Of a DNA stretch of 32,000 nucleotides, positions 28,741 through 32,000 are shown piece after piece (position 1 is the first letter of the stretch; the number at the start of each line of letters is the position of its first letter). The notes beneath the pieces are model-generated. The model was given only the letters and a program-made list of their open reading frames with translations, was not told the DNA's origin and did no database searches. This DNA comes from Cylindrospermopsis raciborskii Cr2010 (GTDB taxonomy: Bacteria > Cyanobacteriota > Cyanobacteriia > Cyanobacteriales > Nostocaceae), in NCBI RefSeq assembly GCF_003367075.2, contig NZ_CP065936.1, positions 2,880,001-2,912,000 on the forward strand, written 5' to 3'. Made by a program: the position numbers and the translations under genes.

Positions 28741-30678
28741 TTAGTTATTATTAGTTCTTTGCCAAAACTCAAATCTCTCTCCCAACTGTTCTATGGTTAA
28801 ATTTTGAGTCCAGTATTCTATTAAAGAATAACCTAAAGACCAAGCACCTTGCTGGGGTGTGCCAGAATTTTCTACTAAGAAAGGCCAAAGGGATAATAAA
28901 TCAAATTCGGTTGTTTTTCTTCCATCCTCTTGGAATGTATTAAGTAGTTTAAATAAATCATAAGACATTTGTAATTTACCAATTACCACAGGTAATTGTT
29001 CCACGGGAATTTTTTCCGCTAGAATATAAGCTAGAGCAGGTGAACCTGTAGATAAGGTAGCAACAAATTGCAAAATAGGGTTTTTTAATAAACTGGTAAT
29101 TCCCTGGGTAGTTGTCATTTGAAAGCTGTAGTGATCAATAATTTTTGCCGATTGGGCAATCCGGATATCTAAGTTACGCAAAAAGCGGGATAATCTTAAC
29201 TGCTTTGCTGGGTCTAGAACTGATAGCAGTCCACCAGACAATTCTTCTAAATTCCAACCACAACGTTTAGTTTTGGGGTCATCAGTCACCAATGGTAAAA
29301 CTAAATGAGAGCTATTAATCAAGACTGGTTTGAATTTCTCTTCTCGGTATAATACCGCTTCTCTAATTGCCATTTCCTTGAGTTTATTTCCACTGCGCCA
29401 ATTATAGGGAGGTTGCCATTCTCTAATTGGACGTAGTTTATCCACTTGAGTAACCACAGCAATAATTGGTAAGTCAGTCATTTGCTTTTGCATATCTTCC
29501 AAAAAATCTACATCCATCTGCAAAGCAGGATCCAGTGCAGGAGTTACTAATAAAAGTAAATCTGCTTTTTTTCCGTAATCCATCACTAAGTTGCGAAAAT
29601 CTTGACGGTTTACCTGTTCATAACCAGGAGTGTCACAAAGTTCGACTATTTCACCACTTTCTGTTTGCCAATTATAAGTTGTTATTTTATCCGTACTTGG
29701 CAAAACATCAACTTCAGCTATTTCACTGGCAAAAATGGTATTAATTACACTACTTTTTCCAGCACCATTACGCCCCGCAATCAAAATATTCAGAGGGGTT
29801 TTTTCTAGCTTTTCTGGTGGCTGAGCTTGCTGAATAATATCCCGCAAGGTTTGAGTTTTAGCTTCTGGTAATTCAGATACGATTAATTCCATTTTTACCC
29901 CACCATATAGAACAACTGCTTGTTGACATAAGTTCCTCAAGGTGGCTTCTCTTAATATTTGATTCAGATTAATTAATAATTCTTGTGTAGCCCTATTATT
30001 GAGATTATCAGTGGCTTTTTTGGCCATAGCTCCCACAGGATTTAAAAACAACTGGGCAATATCCCACACCTGAAAAAGTTTCTTGGCAGCAGGTTCTAAT
30101 TGACGATAAACTTCATAGCTTTGATAAACTTGTCCCACACTAACTTGATTTAAAAACGGGGATAATTTTTGCATCCATTTATCCATATCATCCACCGTAC
30201 CACGAATTAATCCATATACTTGGGGAATGTAAATACTTAACAAGGGATATTTCACTTCTGGGTTATATATATGGGCAATCCCCACTACTAAATCTTCACA
30301 TCTTTGCCAGAAAGTTTGTAAGTCCTCCCAAATGGCAAGATCATTTTTACCATCATTTAGAACTTTTTGTAATATCCTTTCTACCTGCTCGCTTTTTTCT
30401 TTCTCTAAAGAGAAATTCACATCTTTCTCCTCACTCCATGCCAATTCTTCTTTAACCTGATCAAACACACTCTCAATTTGATTAATCATTGGTTTGGTCA
30501 ATTTCACCAACAGCCAACGCCATCCAGTCAATATTAGTATAAATATACCCCAAATCCAATTTAACCCCCAACTGTTAATTTGTATCCCAGCCAATACAAG
30601 TATGAAAGCAATGATTAATACTATAGGCGAGATTAATACTAACCATTGCCAGGATTTTAAACGATTCATAAAAACCAC
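28741..30678 (-). CDS. membrane-anchored P-loop GTPase (MMR_HSR1/YfjP-like) with a long C-terminal domain
   Basis: Two N-terminal hydrophobic helices, G1 GRNGAGKSSVIN, G3 DTPGY, and G4-like TQVDK. The start may be ATG 30669 rather than GTG 30678. Confidence 0.7.
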   Translation of the reverse strand: MVFMNRLKSWQWLVLISPIVLIIAFILVLAGIQINSWGLNWIWGIFILILTGWRWLLVKLTKPMINQIESVFDQVKEELAWSEEKDVNFSLEKEKSEQVERILQKVLNDGKNDLAIWEDLQTFWQRCEDLVVGIAHIYNPEVKYPLLSIYIPQVYGLIRGTVDDMDKWMQKLSPFLNQVSVGQVYQSYEVYRQLEPAAKKLFQVWDIAQLFLNPVGAMAKKATDNLNNRATQELLINLNQILREATLRNLCQQAVVLYGGVKMELIVSELPEAKTQTLRDIIQQAQPPEKLEKTPLNILIAGRNGAGKSSVINTIFASEIAEVDVLPSTDKITTYNWQTESGEIVELCDTPGYEQVNRQDFRNLVMDYGKKADLLLLVTPALDPALQMDVDFLEDMQKQMTDLPIIAVVTQVDKLRPIREWQPPYNWRSGNKLKEMAIREAVLYREEKFKPVLINSSHLVLPLVTDDPKTKRCGWNLEELSGGLLSVLDPAKQLRLSRFLRNLDIRIAQSAKIIDHYSFQMTTTQGITSLLKNPILQFVATLSTGSPALAYILAEKIPVEQLPVVIGKLQMSYDLFKLLNTFQEDGRKTTEFDLLSLWPFLVENSGTPQQGAWSLGYSLIEYWTQNLTIEQLGERFEFWQRTNNN

Positions 30679-30710
30679 TTATTGTTACTTATTGTCCCCA
30701 TTTCCTCCCT

Positions 30711-30962
30711 CTATTTAATCACTATCTCCCTTACCAATATACTCATCACCTCTCCCGGGTTACTAGTTGGCATCAAATCACTCCAATCAGTTGCATGAGC
30801 ATAACCAAGCACATGTAAATAATGAATCGTACTGATAACTGTTTTCTTCGATCCAATTAACAGGTGTTTTAATGGTTCCCTGCGATCGCCTTCTGGAACT
30901 ATTTTAGTGCCAACTACTGTAGTGTCACTAACATTCCCGATAAAATTCCTGGTTTGTGCCAT
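30711..30962 (-). CDS. conserved-looking small hypothetical protein (83 aa)
   Basis: ATG-initiated ORF lying 32-41 nt upstream of, and co-oriented with, the GTPase gene. I have the impression that HLLIGSKKTVISTIHYLHVLGYAHATDWSDLMPTSNPGEVMSILVR is a recurring cyanobacterial family, but I cannot name it. Confidence 0.55.
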   Translation of the reverse strand: MAQTRNFIGNVSDTTVVGTKIVPEGDRREPLKHLLIGSKKTVISTIHYLHVLGYAHATDWSDLMPTSNPGEVMSILVREIVIK

Positions 30963-30989
30963 AATTTCATTACCTCTGAGTAAAGGGGT

Positions 30990-31035
30990 GTAAGGTGATC
31001 GGGCCCTTCCTGATCAGAAATCCAGATCACCTTAC
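30990..31035. promoter_or_regulatory. perfect 11-bp inverted repeat upstream of the 83-aa gene
   Basis: GTAAGGTGATC (30990-31000) and GATCACCTTAC (31025-31035) flank a 24-nt spacer containing GGGCCC and TGATCA. The repeat lies 28-73 nt upstream of the minus-strand start at 30962. Confidence 0.35.
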
Positions 31036-31351
31036 TTTTAAGTATAACAGCTAGTCAAATAAATATGCAAGGGGTTTATAGAAAAAAATTAATAAAATTT
31101 GTAAATCTTTTCGACTTGTCAAGCATAAGTGAAAAATGAAAAATTTTACACCTTACAATTACCCACGACAAAGCCAGTCGGTTTTTAACCTAGGAAGCTT
31201 TAAGACAATTAATTTCCTGTCTCCCCCACGGACAGTCTCCAGGTAGGGGTTAATTCAAACAATTATAGTTAATCCCATAGAGAGTGCTTCGCGATCGCCC
31301 TCTTGAATTAGAGATAAACTAGGATAAGATAATAAGCACATATTCATTGGT

Positions 31352-32000
31352 ATGAACCCCAAAAATCTCCCCCTGGGGATCAACACCCTAGATAAACTAC
31401 GCGGTAGCAACTGTATTTACGTGGACAAAACACGACTTGCCCTCCAGTTGATAAAACAGCCTGGAGCCTTCTTTTTGTCTCGTCCCCGACGTTTTGGCAA
31501 AAGTCTGTTTATAGATACCCTCAAGGAGATTTTTGAAGGGAATCAGAAATTATTTGAGGGGCTTTATATCCATGACCAATGGGATTGGAGTAGAAAATTC
31601 CCAGTGATTAAAATAGACTTTGCTGGTGGGGTATTAAAAAACCGACAAGAGCTGGATCTGCGCATACTGGATATTTTACACGAAAACGCAGAGTATCTGG
31701 GTGTGTCCTACGAGTCAACAGATATACCAGGAAAATTAGGAACTTTGATTCGTAAGGCCATGGCAAAATATGGAGAACGTGCGGTGGTGCTGGTGGATGA
31801 ATACGATAAACCCATCCTAGACAACATCGACAACCCACCTATTGCTGCTGAAATGAGAGAGGGACTCAAGAACCTATACTCGGTTCTCAAGCAACAGGAT
31901 GCCAACATCCAGTTCATCTTCATGACTGGAGTCACCAAATTCTCCAAAGTCAGCCTTTTTAGCGGGTAAATCAACTCACGGACATTACCATCAGTAGGGA
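31352..32000 (+). pseudogene. AAA-ATPase_like (PF09820-type, usually fused to a PD-(D/E)XK domain) gene, apparent frameshift at ~31966, 3' end outside window
   Basis: YVDKTRLALQL..FLSRPRRFGKSLFIDTL (P-loop-like) and VVLVDEYDKPI are typical of the family. The ORF stops after KVSLFSG at 31967-31969, but the +2 frame continues VNQLTDITISR. Together these recreate the SLFSGLNxLxDIT block I recall as conserved in this family if one base is restored. Confidence 0.6.

Noticed and set aside
29466-30718. Plus-strand ORFs 29466-29744, 29602-29808 and 30494-30718.
   Set aside because: They run antisense to the GTPase gene, and their AT-rich, Phe/Leu/Asn-rich translations are typical of non-coding frames.
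31608-31974. Minus-strand ORFs 31608-31838 and 31708-31974.
   Set aside because: They run antisense to the AAA-ATPase_like gene, which has clear family motifs on the plus strand.
1-32000. Frequent GCGATCGC palindromes, for example near 2722, 3203, 9045, 13351, 21107, 23158, 23182, 25920 and 31283.
   Set aside because: This is the HIP1 highly iterated palindrome, a genome-wide property of many cyanobacteria. It is useful as a taxonomic clue but is not a local functional system.

Overview
The window looks like chromosomal DNA from a filamentous, probably Nostocales-like cyanobacterium. The basis is gene content plus many copies of the HIP1 octamer GCGATCGC. All family calls rest on motif recognition in the supplied translations, since no searches could be run.

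Layout:
- 1-13.7 kb: prs, a CBS-pair protein, then a complete carbon-concentrating locus. A CO2-uptake NDH-1 module (ndhF-ndhD-cup, minus strand) lies divergent from a beta-carboxysome operon (ccmK2-ccmK1-ccmL-ccmM-ccmN-ccmO). These are followed by a LysR regulator, trpD and a lipoprotein-type retropepsin-like protease.
- 13.7-18.2 kb: housekeeping genes (carA, a STAS antagonist, Mini-RNase III, rlmB, DUF1816, a DsbA-like oxidoreductase).
- 18.2-23.2 kb: the one clearly accessory stretch.
  - A 2.5-kb almost gene-free block built from a near-identical 236-bp tandem array nested in a segmental duplication.
  - A DUF29 gene.
  - An ABC/AAA_21-type ATPase translationally coupled to a shortened DUF4276/Toprim-like ORF (OLD/PARIS-like defence architecture).
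  - A frameshifted, truncated cytosine-5 DNA methyltransferase fragment that ends exactly at a MITE-like repeat.
- 23.2-32 kb: chlH (bracketed by inverted copies of the same repeat), alkB, a small membrane protein, a membrane-anchored GTPase with an upstream 83-aa gene, and a frameshifted AAA-ATPase_like (PF09820-type) gene that runs off the window.

No rRNA, tRNA, CRISPR array, cas gene or transposase was recognised. I see no intact, convincingly novel multi-gene system. The most unusual material is the repeat array/duplication and the decayed defence islet.
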